A stretch of DNA of 64,000 nt from the human T2T-CHM13v2.0 reference genome, Homo sapiens: the NCBI GenBank assembly GCA_009914755.4, contig CP086569.2, forward strand, positions 29,088,001 through 29,152,000. The letters run 5' to 3'. Both the position numbers and the translations under genes were made by a program. Below are positions 29,200 to 43,407 of this stretch, one piece after another. Numbering within the stretch: position 1 is the stretch's first letter; every line of letters begins with the position of its first letter. A model generated the notes under the pieces. That model searched no databases, had not been told where the DNA came from, and saw nothing but the letters and a program-made list of their open reading frames with translations.

Positions 29200-32100
29200 G
29201 GCCTGTCCATTACACTACATTCCCTTCCATTCCAATGAATTCCATTCCATTCCAATCCATTCCTTTCCTTTCGCTTGCATTCCATTCTATTCTCTTCTAC
29301 TGCATACAATTTCACTCCATGCGTTCCCATTCCATTCAATTCCATTCCATTCAATTCCATTCCATTTGTTTCCATTCTCTTCGATTCCATTTCTTTATAT
29401 TCCATGCCATTCGATTCCATTCTATTGGATTGCATTACATTCGTGTTCATTCTATTCCAGACCATTCCATTTGACTCCATTCCTTTCGAGCCCTTTCAAT
29501 TTGAGTCCATTCCTTTCCAGTCCATTTCACTCCAGTCCATTACTATCCATTCTATACCATTCCATCCCATTCCATTCCATTCCATTCCATTCCATTCCAT
29601 TCCATTCCATTCCATTCCATTGCATTCCATTCCATTCCATTCCATTGCACTGCACTCCATTCCATTACATTCTACTCTATCTGAGTCGATTTTATTGCGT
29701 TAGATTCTATTCCAGTGGATTACTTTCCATTCGATTACATTTCATTCATGTACATTCCATTCCACTCAATTACATTCGAGTTCAATACATTACATTCCAG
29801 TATATTCCATTGTATTCGATCCCATTCCTTTCAATTCCATTTCATTCGACTCCATTATATTCGATTCCATTCCACTCGAATCCATTACATTAGAGGACAT
29901 TCCATTCCAATGAATTCCATTCCATTCCATAGCATTCCATTGCATTCGATTCCATTCCATTTGATGCCATTCCATTTGATGCCATTCCATGACATTCCAT
30001 TCCATTCGAGTCCATTCCGTTCCAATTCATTCCATTCCGTTTCATGAAATTCGAGTCCTTTCCAGTACATTTCATTCCAATCCCATCCAATCCCATCTAC
30101 TCCATTCAATTCCTTTCCATTCCATTTGATTATATTCCATTGATTTGATTCCATTCAGTTTGATTCCATTCCGTGAAATTTCCTTCCATTCTCTTCCATT
30201 GCATTACTTTCCATTCAATTCCATTCCATTTCATTTCAGTCCATTCGCTTCCTTTCTTTTCGATTCAATTCCATTTGATTCCACTCCATTCTATGCGATT
30301 TCATTCCAATCGATTCAATTCCATTCGATGACATTCCTTTCGTTTCCATTCCATTCGAGTCCATTCAATTTCAGCATTCGTGTCCATTCTATTCGAGTCC
30401 ATTCCATTACCGTCTATTCTATTCCCTTCCATTCCTGTTGATTCAATTTCATTCCCTTCCATTCGATTCCTTTCCATTCGATTCCATTCCTTTCCATTCC
30501 ATTCCATTCGTTCCCATTCCATGTGATTTCATTCCATTCCAGTCCATTATATTCGAGTCCACTCCACTCCATTCTATTACATTCAATTCCTTTTGAGTCC
30601 GTTCCATAACACTCCATTCATTTCGATTCCATTTCTTGCCAGTTTTCTTCCATTTTATTCCATTCCGTTCGATTCCATTCCATTCGATTGCATTCCATTC
30701 GAATCCTTTCCATTCCATTTCATTCCATTCCTTTCTATTCCATTCCATTTCATTCGATTTGATTCCATTCTGTTCTATTCCATTCAATTCTTTTTCATTC
30801 CATTCGAATCCTTTCTATTGCAGTCCATTCCATTCGAGTCCATTCCAATCCCTTCCATTCCATTCCATTACAGTCCATTCCAATAGATTCCATTCCTTTG
30901 CCTTCCATTCGAATCCATTCCATTCTAGTCCATTCCATTTGAGTCAATTCCATTCCATTCCATTCTATTCCTTTCCAATCCATTTGATTCCATTCGATTC
31001 AATTCCGTTTGATTCTCTTTCATTCTATTTTATTCCATGCCATTTGATTGCATTGCATTCCATTCCGTTTGATTCCAGTCCATTCAAGAAAGTTCCATTC
31101 CAGTCCATTGCTTTCCAGTCCATTCCATTCCACTCTAGTCTATTCCACTCCATTCCTTTCCATTCCATTCCATACTATTCCATTCCATTCCTTTGCTTTC
31201 CGTTTCCAATCTATTCGAGTCCATTGCATTCCAGTCCATTCCATTCGATTACATTCCTTTTGATTCCCTGCCAGTCGATTGCATTGCATACTAGACCATT
31301 CCAAAGGAGTCCATTCCATTCTATCTCAACACTTTCCATTCCACTCTGTTCGAGTCCATTCCATTCCAGTCCATTTAATTCAAGGGCATTCCATTCCATT
31401 CCATTCCATTCCATTTCATATTATTCCATTCCATTCAATTCCATTCCAGATGATTGCATTCCATTCTATACCATTGCTCTCTGTTCCATTCCATTCCATC
31501 TGTCTCCATTCCTTTCGTTTCGATTCCTTTCCATTCCATTCCATTACATTTGATCCTATTTTATTAAATTGCATTCTATTCGAGTGATTTCCATTCGAGT
31601 CCTTTCCATTCGATTCCATTCCATTCTATTCCATTCCTTTGGATTCCATTCCATTCCGTTCCGTTCACATCAATTCCTTGCGATTCCATTACATTCGATT
31701 TCTTGCCATTCGATTCCATTCCTTTTGACTCCATTTCATTCGATTCCATTCCATTCCATTAATTTCCATTCCATTCGAGACCTTTCCATTGCAGTCTTTT
31801 CCCTTCGAGTCCATTCCGTTCGATTCCCTTCCATGCGATTCCATTCCATTGGACTCCGTTCCAGTCGAGTCCATTCTATTCCAGTCCATTAGTTTCAACT
31901 CCATTGCATTCGAGTGCATTCCATTCCGTGGCTGTCCATTCCATTCCGTTTGATGCCATTCCATACGATTCCATTCAATTCGAGACCATTCTATTCCTGT
32001 CCATTCCTTGTGGTTCGATTCCATTTCACTCTAGTCCATTCCATTCCATTCAATTCCATTCGACTCTATTCCGTTCCATTCAATTCCATTCCATTCGATT

Positions 32101-32768
32101 CCATTTTTGTCGAGAACCTTCCATTACACTCCCTTCCATTCCAGTACATTCCATTCCAGTCTCTTCAGTTCGATTCCATTCCATTCGTTTCGATTCCTTT
32201 CCATTCCAGCCCATTCCATTCCATTCCATTCCTTTCCGTTTCATTGGATTCCATTGCATTCGATTCCATTCAATTCAATTCCGTGCTATTCAATTTGATT
32301 CATTTCCATTTAATTCCATTCCATTAGATTCCATTCCGTACGATTCCGTTCCTTTTGAATCCATTCCATTGGAGTCCATTCACTTCCAGAACATTCCATT
32401 CCAGTCGAATCCATTCGAGGACATTCCATTAAAGTTCATTACATTCTAATACATTCCATTCCATTGCATTCCATTCCATTCCATTCGATGCCATTCGATT
32501 CCATCCCATGCCAAATCATTGCATTCCTTTCCATTCCGTTCCTATCAATTCCATTCCATTCGATTTAGTTCGATTCTATTCACTTCCATTCCATTCGATT
32601 CCATTCCATTGGAGTCAATTCCTTTTGACACCCAGCCTTTCCAGTCAATGATTTTGGAGTCTATTTTTTTGCATTCCATTACATTCTATGACATTCGATT
32701 CCGTTTCATTGCATTCCATTCCATACATTTTTATTCCATTCTAGACCGTAGCATTCTGCTTTATTCCA
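29200..32768 (+). repeat. HSat3 HOR unit 9 (3569 bp). Subtype B.
   Basis: GGCC at 29200 and 32769. One extra ccatt unit near 31381-31420 frame-shifts the artefactual ORF into a 305-aa read-through. Confidence 0.9.
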
Positions 32769-35700
32769 GGCCTGTCCATTACACTACATTCCCTTCCATT
32801 CCAATGAATTCCATTGCATTCCAATCCATTCATTTCCTTTCGCTTGCATTCCATTCTATTCTCTTCTACTGCATACAATTTCACTCCATTCGTTCCCATT
32901 CCATTCAATTCCATTCCATTCAATTCCATTCCATTTGTTTCCATTCTCTTCGATTCCATTTCTTTATATTCCATGCCATTCGATTCCATTCTATTGGATT
33001 GCATTACATTCGTGTTCATCCCATTCCAGACCATTCCATTTGACTCCATTCCTTTCGAGCCCTTTCAATTTGAGTCCATTCCTTTCCAGTCCATTTCACT
33101 CCAGTCCATTACTATCCATTCCATACCATTCCATCCCATTCCATTCCATTCCATTCCATTCCATTGCATTCCATTCCATTCCATTCCATTCCACAGCACT
33201 CCATTCCATTACATTCTACTCTATCTGAGTCGATTTTATTGCATTAGATTCTATTCCATTGGATTACTTTCCATTCGATTACATTTCATTCATGTACATT
33301 CCATTCCAGTCAATTACATTCGAGTTCATTACATTACATTCCAGTATATTCCATTGTATTCGATCCCATTCCTTTCAATTCCATTTCATTCGACTCCATT
33401 ATATTCGATTCCATTCCACTCGAATCCATTCCATTAGAGGACATTCCATTCCAATGCATTCCATTCCATTCCATAGCATTCCATTGCATTCGATTCCATT
33501 CCATTTGATGCCATTCCATTTGATGCCATTCCATGACATTCCATTCCATTCGAGTCAATTCCGTTCCAATTCATTCCATTCCGTTTCATGAAATTCGAGT
33601 CCTTTCCAGTACATTTCATTCCAATCCCATCCAATCCAATCTACTCCATTCAATTCCTTTCCATTCCATTTGATTATATTCCATTGATTTGATTCCATTC
33701 AGTTTGATTCCATTCCGTGAAATTTCCTTCCATTTTCTTCCATTGCATTACTTTCCATTCAATTCCATTCCATTTCATTTCAGTCCATTCGCTTCCTTTC
33801 ATTTCGATTCAATTCCATTTGATTCCACTCCATTCTATGCGATTTCATTCCAATCGATTCAATTCCATTCGATGACATTCCTTTCGTTTCCATTCCATTC
33901 GAGTCCATTCAATTTGAGCATTCGTGTCCATTCTATTCGAGTCCATTCCATTACCGTCTATTCTATTCCCTTCCATTCCTGTTGATTCAATTTCATTCCC
34001 TTCCATTCGATTCCTTTCCATTCGATTCCATTCCTTTCCATTTAATTCCATTCGTTCCCATTCCATGTGATTTCATTCCATTCCAGTCCATTATATTCGA
34101 GTCCACTCCACTCCATTCTATTACATTCAATTCCTTTTGATTCCGTTCCATAACACTCCATTCATTTCGATTCCATTTCTTGCCAGTTTTCTTCCATTTT
34201 ATTCCATTCCGTTCGATTCCATTCCATTCGATTGCATACCATTCGAATCCTTTCCATTCCATTTCATTCCATTCCTTTCTATTCCATTCCATTTCATGCG
34301 ATTTGATTCCATTCTGTTCTATTCCATTCAATTCTTTTTCATTCCTTTCGCATCCTTTCTATTGCAGTCCATTACATTCGAGTCCATTCCAATCCCTTCC
34401 ATTCCATTCCATTACAGTCCATTCCAATAGATTCCATTCATTTGCCTTCCATTCGAATCCATTCCATTCTAGTCCATTCTATTTGAGTCAATTCCATTCC
34501 ATTCCATTCTATTCCTTTCCAATCCATTCGATTATATTCGATTCAATTCCATTTGATTCTTTCATTCTATTTTATTCCATGACATTTGATTGCATTGCAT
34601 TCCATTCCGTTTGATTCCAGTCCATTCAAGAAAGTTCCATTCCAGTCCATTGCTTTCCAGTCCATTCCATTCCACTCTAGTCTATTCCACTCCATTCCTT
34701 TCCATTGCATTCCATACTATTCCATTCCATTCCTTTGCATTCCGTTTCCAATCTATTCGAGTCCATTGCATTCCAGTCCAATCCATTCGATTACATTCCT
34801 TTTGATTCCCTGCCAGTCGATTGCATTGCATACTACACCATTCCAAAGGAGTCCATTCCATTCTATCTCAACACTTTCCATTCCACTCTGTTCGAGTCCA
34901 TTCCATTCCAGTCCATTTAATTCAAGGGCATTCCATTCCATTTCATATTATTCCATTCCATTCAATTCCATTCCAGATGATTCCATTCCATTCTATACCA
35001 TTGCTCTCTGTTCCATTCCATTCCATCTGTCTCCATTCCTTTCGTTTCGATTCCTTTCCATTCCATTCCATTCCATTTGATCCTATTTTATTAAATTGCA
35101 TTCTATTCGAGTGATTTCCATTCGAGTCCTTTCCATTCGATTCCATTCCATTCTATTCCATTCCTTTGGATTCCATTCCATTCCGTTCCGTTCACATCAC
35201 TTCTTTGCGATTCCATTACATTCGATTTCTTGCCATTCGATTCCATTCCTTTTGACTCCATTTCATTCGATTCCATTCCATTCCATTAATTTCCATTCCA
35301 TTCGAGACCTTTCCATTGCAGTCTTTTCCCTTCGAGTCCATTCCGTTCGATTCCCTTCCATTCGATTCCATTCCATTGGAGTCCGTACCAGTCGAGTCCA
35401 TTCTATTCCAGTCCATTAGTTTCGACTCCATTGCATTCGAGTGCATTCCATTCCGTGGCTGTCCATTCCATTCCGTTTGATGCCATTCCATACGATTCCA
35501 TTCAATTCGAGACCATTCTATTCCTGTCCATTCCTTGTGGTTCGATTCCATTTCACTCTAGTCCATTCCATTCCATTCAATTCCATTCGACTCTATTCCG
35601 TTCCATTCAATTCCATTCCATTCGATTCCATTTTTGTCGAGAACCTTCCATTACACTCCCTTCCATTCCAGTGCATTCCATTCCAGTCTCTTCAGTTCGA

Positions 35701-36300
35701 TTCCATTCCATTCGTTTTGATTCCTTTCCATTCCAGCCCATTCCATTCGATTCCATTCCTTTCCTTTCCGTTTCATTAGATTCCATTGCATTCGATTCCA
35801 TTCAATTCAATTCCGTGCTATTCAATTTGATTCATTTCCATTTAATTCCATTCCATTAGATTCCATTCCGTTCGATTCCATTCCTTTCGAATCCATTCCA
35901 TTGGAGTCCATTCACTTCCAGAACATTCCATTCCAGTAGAATCCATTCGAGTACATTCCATTAAAGTTCATTACATTCTAATACATTCCATTCCATTGCA
36001 TTCCATTCCATTCCATTCGATGCCATTCGATTCCATTCCATGCCAAATCATTGCATTCCTTTCCATTCCGTTCCTATCAAATCCATTCCATTCGATTTAG
36101 TTCGATTCTATTCACTTCCATTCCATTCGACTCCATTCCATTGGAGTCAATTCCTTTCGACACCCAGCCTTTCCAGTCAGTGTTTTTGGATTCCATTTTT
36201 TTGCATTCCATTACATTCTATGACATTCGATTCCGTTTCATTGCATTCCATTCCATACATTTTTATTCCATTCGAGACCGTAGCATTCCACTTTATTCCA
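32769..36300 (+). repeat. HSat3 HOR unit 10 (3532 bp). Subtype B.
   Basis: GGCC at 32769 and 36301. It is shortened by small deletions: 5 bp near 34040, 2 bp near 34556 and 10 bp near 34921. Confidence 0.9.
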
Positions 36301-39300
36301 GGCCTGTCCATTACACTACATTCCCTTCCATTCCAATGAATTCCATTCCATTCCAATCCATTCCTTTCCTTTCGCTTGCATTCCATTCTATTCTCTTCTA
36401 CTGCATACAATTTCACTCCATTTCTTCCCATTCCATTCAATTCCATTCCATTCAATTCCATTCCATTTGTTTCCATTCTCTTCGATTCCATTTCTTTATA
36501 TTCCATGCCATTCGATTCCATTCTATTGGATTGCATTACATTCGTGTTCATTCCATTCCAGACCATTCCATTTGACTCCATTCTTTTCGAGCCCTTTCAA
36601 TTTGAGTCCATTCCTTTCCAGTCCATTTCACTCCAGTCCATTACTATCCATTCCATACCATTCCATCCCATTCCATTCCATTCCATTCCATTCCATTCCA
36701 TTGCATTCCATTCCATTCCATTCCATTGCACTGCACTGCACTCCATTCCATTACATTCTACTCTATCTGAGTCGATTTTATTGCATTAGATTCTATTCCA
36801 TTGGATTAATTTCCATTCGATTACATTCCATTCATCTACATTCCATTCCAGTCAATTACATTCGAGTTCATTACATTACATTCCAGTATATTCCATTGTA
36901 TTCGATCCCATTCCTTTCAATTCCATTTCATTCGACTCCTTTATATTCGATTCCATTCCACTCGAATTCATTCAATTAGAGGACATTCCATTCCAATGCA
37001 TTCCATTCCATTCCATAGCATCCCATTGCATTCGATTCCATTCCATTTGATGCCATTCCATTTGATGCCATTCCATGACATTCCATTCCATTCGAGTCCA
37101 TTCCGTTCCAATTCATTCCATTCCGTTTCATGAAATTCGAGTACTTTCCAGTACATTTCATTCCAATCCCATCCAATCCAATCTACTCCGTTCAATTCCT
37201 TTCCATTCCATTTGATTATATTCCATTGATTTGATTCCATTCAGTTTGATTCCATTCCGTGAAATTTCGTTCCATTCTATTCCATTGCATTACTTTCCAT
37301 TCAATTCCATTCCATTTCATTTCAGTCCATTCGCTTCCTTTCCTTTCGATTCAATTCCATTTGATTCCACTCCATTCTATGCGATTTCATTCCAGTCGCT
37401 TCAATTCCATTCGATGACATTCCTTTCGTTTCCATTCCATTCGAGTCCATTCAATTTGAGCATTCGTGTCCATTCTATTCGAGTCCATTCCATTACCGTC
37501 TATTCTATTCCCTTCCATTCCTGTTGATTCAATTTCATTCCCTTCCATTCGATTCCTTTCCATTCGATTCCATTCCTTTCCATTCCATTCCATTCGTTCC
37601 CATTCCATGTGATTTCATTCCATTCCAGTCCATTATATTCGAGTCCACTCCACTCCATTCTATTACATTCAATTCCTTTTGAGTCCGTTACATAACACTC
37701 CATTCATTTCGATTCCATTTCTTGCCAGTTTTCTTCCATTTTATTCCATTCCGTTCGATTCCATTCCATTCGATTGCATTCCATTCGAATCCTTTCCATT
37801 CCATTTCATTCCATTCCTTTCTATTCCATTCCATTTCATTCGATTTGATTCCATTCTGTTCTATTCCATTCAATTCTTTTTCATTCCATTCGAATCCTTT
37901 CTATTGCAGTCCATTCCATTCGAGTCCATTCCAATCCCTTCCATTCCATTCCATTACAGTCCATTCCAATAGATTCCATTCCTTTGCCTTCCATTCGAAT
38001 CCATTCCATTCTAGTCCATTCCATTTGAGTCAATTCCATTCCATTCCATTCTATTCCTTTCCAATCCATTCGATTCCTTTCGATTCAATTGCATTTGATT
38101 CTCTTTCATTCTGTTTTATTCCATGCCATTTGATTGCATTGCATTCCATTCCGTTTGATTCCAGTCCATTCAAGAAAGTTCCATTCCAGTCCATTGCTTT
38201 CGAGTCTATTCCATTCCACTCTAGTCTATTCCAATCCATTCCTTTCCATTCCATTCCATACTATTCCATACTATTCCTTTGCATTCCGTTTCCAATCTAT
38301 TCGAGTCCAGTACATTCCAGTCCAATCCATTCGATTACATTCCTTTTGATTCCCTGCCAGTCGATTGCATTGCATACTAGACCATTCCAAAGGAGTCCAT
38401 TCCATTCTATCTCAACACTTTCCATTCCACTCTGTTCGAGTCCATTCCATTCCAGTCCATTTAATTCAAGGGCATTCCATTCCATTCCATTCCATTTCAT
38501 ATTATTCCATTCCATTCAATTCCATTCCAGATGATTCCATTCCATTCTATACCATTGCTCTCTGTTCCATTCCATTACATCTGTCTCCATTCCTTTCGTT
38601 TCGATTCCTTTCCATTCCATTCCATTCCATTTGATCCTATTTTATTAAATTGCATTCTATTCGAGTGATTTCCATTCGAGTCCTTTCCATTCGATTCCAT
38701 TCCATTCTATTCCATTCCTTTGGATTCCATTCCATTCCGTTCCGTTCACATCAATTCCTTGCGATTCCATTACATTCGATTTCTTGCCATTCGATTCCAT
38801 TCCTTTTGACTCCATTTCATTCGATTCCATTCCATTCCATTAATTTCCATTCCATTCGAGACCTTTCCATTGCAGTCTTTTCCCTTCGAGTCCATTCCGT
38901 TCGATTCCCTTCCATTCGATTCCATTCCATTGGAGTCCGTACCAGTCGAGTCCATTCTATTCCAGTCCATTAGTTTCGACTCCATTGCATTCGAGTGCAT
39001 TCCATTCCGTGGCTGTCCATTCCATTCCGTTTGATGCCATTCCATACGATTCCATTCAATTCGAGACCATTCTATTCCTGTCCATTCCTTGTGGTTCGAT
39101 TCCATTTCACTCTAGTCCATTCCATTCCATTCAATTCCATTCGACTCTATTCCGTTCCATTCAATTCTATTCCATTCGATTCCATTTTTTTCGAGAATCT
39201 TCCATTACACTCCCTTCCATTCCATTGCATTCCATTCCAGTCTCTTCAGTTCGATTCCATTCCATTCGTTTTGATTCCTTTCCATTCCAGCCCATTCCAT

Positions 39301-39854
39301 TCCATTCCATTCCTTTCCTTTCCGTTTCATTAGATTCCATTGCATTCGATTCCATTCAATTCAATTCCGTGCTATTCAATTTGATTCATTTCCATTTAAT
39401 TCCATTCCATTAGATTCCATTCCGTTCGATTCCATTCCTTTCGAATCCATTCCATTGGAGTCCATTCACTTCCAGAACATTCCATTCCAGTAGAATCCAT
39501 TCGAGTACATTCCATTAAAGTTCATTACATTCTAATACATTCCATTCCATTGCATTCCATTCCATTCCATTCGATGCCATTCGATTCCATTCCATGCCAA
39601 ATCATTGCATTCCTTTCCATTCCGTTCCTATCAAATCCATTCCATTCGATTTAGTTCGATTCTATTCACTTCCATTCCATTCGATTCCATTCCGTTGGAG
39701 TCAATTCCTTTCGACACCCAGCCTTTCCAGTCAGTGTTTTTGGATTCCATTTTTTTGCATTCCATTACATTCTATGACATTCGATTCCGTTTCATTGCAT
39801 TCCCTTCCATACATTTTTATTCCATTCGAGACCGTAGCATTCCACTTTATTCCA
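36301..39854 (+). repeat. HSat3 HOR unit 11 (3554 bp). Subtype B.
   Basis: GGCC at 36301 and 39855. Units 10-11 share local variants around 36.0-40.1 kb ('ctatcaaatcc' and 'cagtgtttttgg'). Confidence 0.9.
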
Positions 39855-42800
39855 GGCCTGTCCATTACACTACATTCCCTTCCATTCCAATGAATTCCAT
39901 TCCATTCCAATCCATTCCTTTCCTTTCGCTTGCATTCCATTCTATTCTCTTCTACTGCATACAATTTCACTCCATTCCTTCCCATTCCATTCAATTCCAT
40001 TCCATTCAATTCCATTCCATTTATTTCCATTCTCTTCGATTCCATTTCTTTATATTCCATGCCATTCGATTCCATTCTATTGGATTGCGTTACATTCGTG
40101 TTCATTCCATTCCAGACCATTCCATTTGACTCCATTCCTTTCGAGCCCTTTCAATTTGAGTCCATTCCTTTCCAGTCCATTTCACTCCAGTCCATTACTA
40201 TCCATTCCATACCATTCCATCCCATTCCGTTCCATTATATTCCATTCCATTCCATTCCATTGCATTCCATTCCATTCCATTCCATTGCACTGCACTCCAT
40301 TCCATTACATTCTACTCTATCTGAGTCGATTTTATTGCATTAGATTCTATTCCATTGGATTACTTTCCATTCGATTACATTCCATTCATGTACATTCCAT
40401 TCCAGTCAATTACATTCGAGTTCATTACCTTACATTCCAGTATATTCCATTGTATTCGATCCCATTCCTTTCAATTCCATTTCATTCGACTCCATTATAT
40501 TCGATTCCATTCCACTCGAATCCATTCCATTAGAGGACATTCCATTCCAATGCATTCCATTCCATTCCATAGCATTCCATTGCATTCGATTCCATTCCAT
40601 TTGATGCCATTCCATTTGATGCCATTCCATGACATTCCATTCCATTCGAGTCCATTCCGTTCCAATTCATTCCATTCCGTTTCATGAAATTCGAGACCTT
40701 TCCAGTACATTTCATTCCAATCAGATCCAATCCAATCTACTCCATTCAATTCCTTTCCATTCCATTTGATTATATTCCATTGATTTGATTCCATTCAGTT
40801 TGATTCCATTCCGTGATATTTCGTTTCTTTCTATTCCATTGCATTACTTTCCATTCAATTCCATTCCATTTCATTTCAGTCCATTCGCTTCCTTTCCTTT
40901 CGATTCAATTCCATTTGATTCCACTCCATTCTATGCGATTTCATTCCAATCGATTCAATTCCATTCGATGACATTCCTTTCGTTTCCATTCCATTCGAGT
41001 CCATTCAATTTGAGCATTCGTGTCCATTCTATTCGAGTCCATTCCATTACCGTCTATTCTATTCCCTTCCATTCCTGTTGATTCAATTTCATTCCCTTCC
41101 ATTCGATTCCTTTCCATTCGATTCCATTCCTTTCCATTCCATTCCATTCGTTCCCATTCCATGTGATTTCATTCCATTCCAGTCCATTATATTCGAGTCC
41201 ACTCCACTCCATTCTATTACATTCAATTCCTTTTGAGTCCGTTCCATAACACTCCATTCATTTCGATTCCATTTCTTGCCAGTTTTCTTCCATTTTATTC
41301 CATTCCGTTCGATTCCATTCCATTCGATTGCATTCCATTCGAATCCTTTCCATTCCATTTCATTCCATTCCTTTCTATTCCATTCCATTTCATTCGATTT
41401 GATTCCATTCTGTTCTATTCCATTCAATTCTTTTTCATTCCATTCGAATCCTTTCTATTGCAGTCCATTCCATTCGAGTCCATTCCAATCCCTTCCATTG
41501 CATTACATTACAGTCCATTCTAATAGATTCCATTCGTTTGCCTTCCATTTGAATCCATTCCATTCTAGTCCATTCCATTTGAGTCAATTCCATTCCATTC
41601 CATTCTATTCCTTTCCAATCATTTGATTCCATTCGATTCAATTCCATTTGATTCTCTTTCATTGTATTTTATTCCATGCCATTTGATTGCATTGCATTCC
41701 ATTCCGTTTGATTCCAGTCCATTCAAGAAAGTTCCGTTCCAGTCCATTGCTTTCGAGTCCATTCCATTCCACTCTAGTCTATTCCACTCCATTCCTTTCC
41801 ATTCCATTCCATACTATTCCATTCCATTCCTTTGCATTCCGTTTCCAATCTATTCGAGTCCATTGCATTCCAGTCCAATCCATTCGATTACATTCCTTTT
41901 GATTCCCTGCCAGTTGACTGCATTGCATACTAGACCATTCCAAAGGAGTCCATTCCATTCTATCTCAACACTTTCCATTCCACTCTGTTTGAGTCCATTC
42001 CATTCCAGTCCATTTAATTCAAGGGCATTCCATTCCATTCCATTCCATTTCATATTATTCCATTCCATTCAATTCCATTCCAGATGATTCCATTCCATTC
42101 TATACCATTGCTCTCTCTTCCATTCCATTCCATCTGTCTCCATTCCTTTCGTTTCGATTCCTTTCCATTCCATTCCATTCCATTTGATCCTATTTTATTA
42201 AATTGCATTCTATTCGAGTGATTTCCATTCGAGTCCTTTCCATTCGATTCCATTCCATTCTATTCCATTCCTTTGGATTCCATTCCATTCCGTTCCGTTC
42301 ACATCAATTCCTTGCGATTCCATTACATTCGATTTCTTGCCATTCGATTCCATTCCTTTTGACTCCATTTCATTCGATTCCATTCCATTCCATTAATTTC
42401 CATTCCATTCGAGACCTTTCCATTGCAGTCTTTTCCCTTCGAGTCCATTCCGTTCGATTCCCTTCCATTCGATTCCATTCCATTGGAGTCCGTACCAGTC
42501 GAGTCCATTCTATTCCAGTCCATTAGTTTCGACTCCATTGCATTCGAGTGCATTCCATTCCGTGGCTGTCCATTCCATTCCCTTTGATGCCATTCTATAC
42601 GATTCCATTCAATTCGAGACCATTCTATTCCTGTCCATTCCTTGTGGTTCGATTCCATTTCACTCTAGTCCATTCCATTCCATTCAATTCCATTCGACTC
42701 TATTCCGTTCCATTCAATTCCATTCCATTCGATTCCATGTTTTTCGAGAACTTTCCATTACACTCCCTTCCATTCCAGTGCATTCCATTCCTGTCTCTTC

Positions 42801-43407
42801 AGTTCGATTCCATTCCATTCGTTTCGATTCCTTTCCATTCCAGCCCATTCCTTTCCATTCCATTCCTTTCCTTTCCGTTTCATTAGATTCCATTGCATTC
42901 GATTCCATTCAATTCAATTCCGTGCTATTCAATTTGATTCATTTCCATTTAATTCCATTCCATTAGATTCCATTCCGTACGATTCCATTCCTTTTGAATC
43001 CATTCCGTTGGATTCCATTCACTTCCAGAACATTCCATTACAGTCGAATCCATTCGAGTACATTCCATTAAAGTTCATTACATTCTAATACATTCCATTC
43101 CATTGCATTCCATTCCATTCCATTCGATGCCATTCGATTCCATTCCATGCCAAATCATTGCATTCCTTTCCATTCCGTTCCTATCAATTCCATTCAATTC
43201 GATTTAGTTCGATTCTATTCACTTCCATTCCATTCGATTCCATTCCATTGGAGTCAATTCCTTTCGACACCCAGCCTTTCCAGTCAATGATTTTGGATTC
43301 CATTTTTTTGCATTCCATTACATTCTATGACATTCGATTCCGTTTCATTGCATTCCATTCCATACATTTTTATTCCATTCGAGACCGTAGCATTCCACTT
43401 TATTCCA
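39855..43407 (+). repeat. HSat3 HOR unit 12 (3553 bp). Subtype B.
   Basis: GGCC at 39855 and 43408. Confidence 0.9.

Noticed and set aside
30636-31553. The longest ORF (305 aa), as a candidate real gene
   Set aside because: It is the 270-aa artefact ORF seen in every unit, for example 2186..2998. It is extended only because one extra ccatt unit near 31381-31420 shifts the frame past the usual stop.
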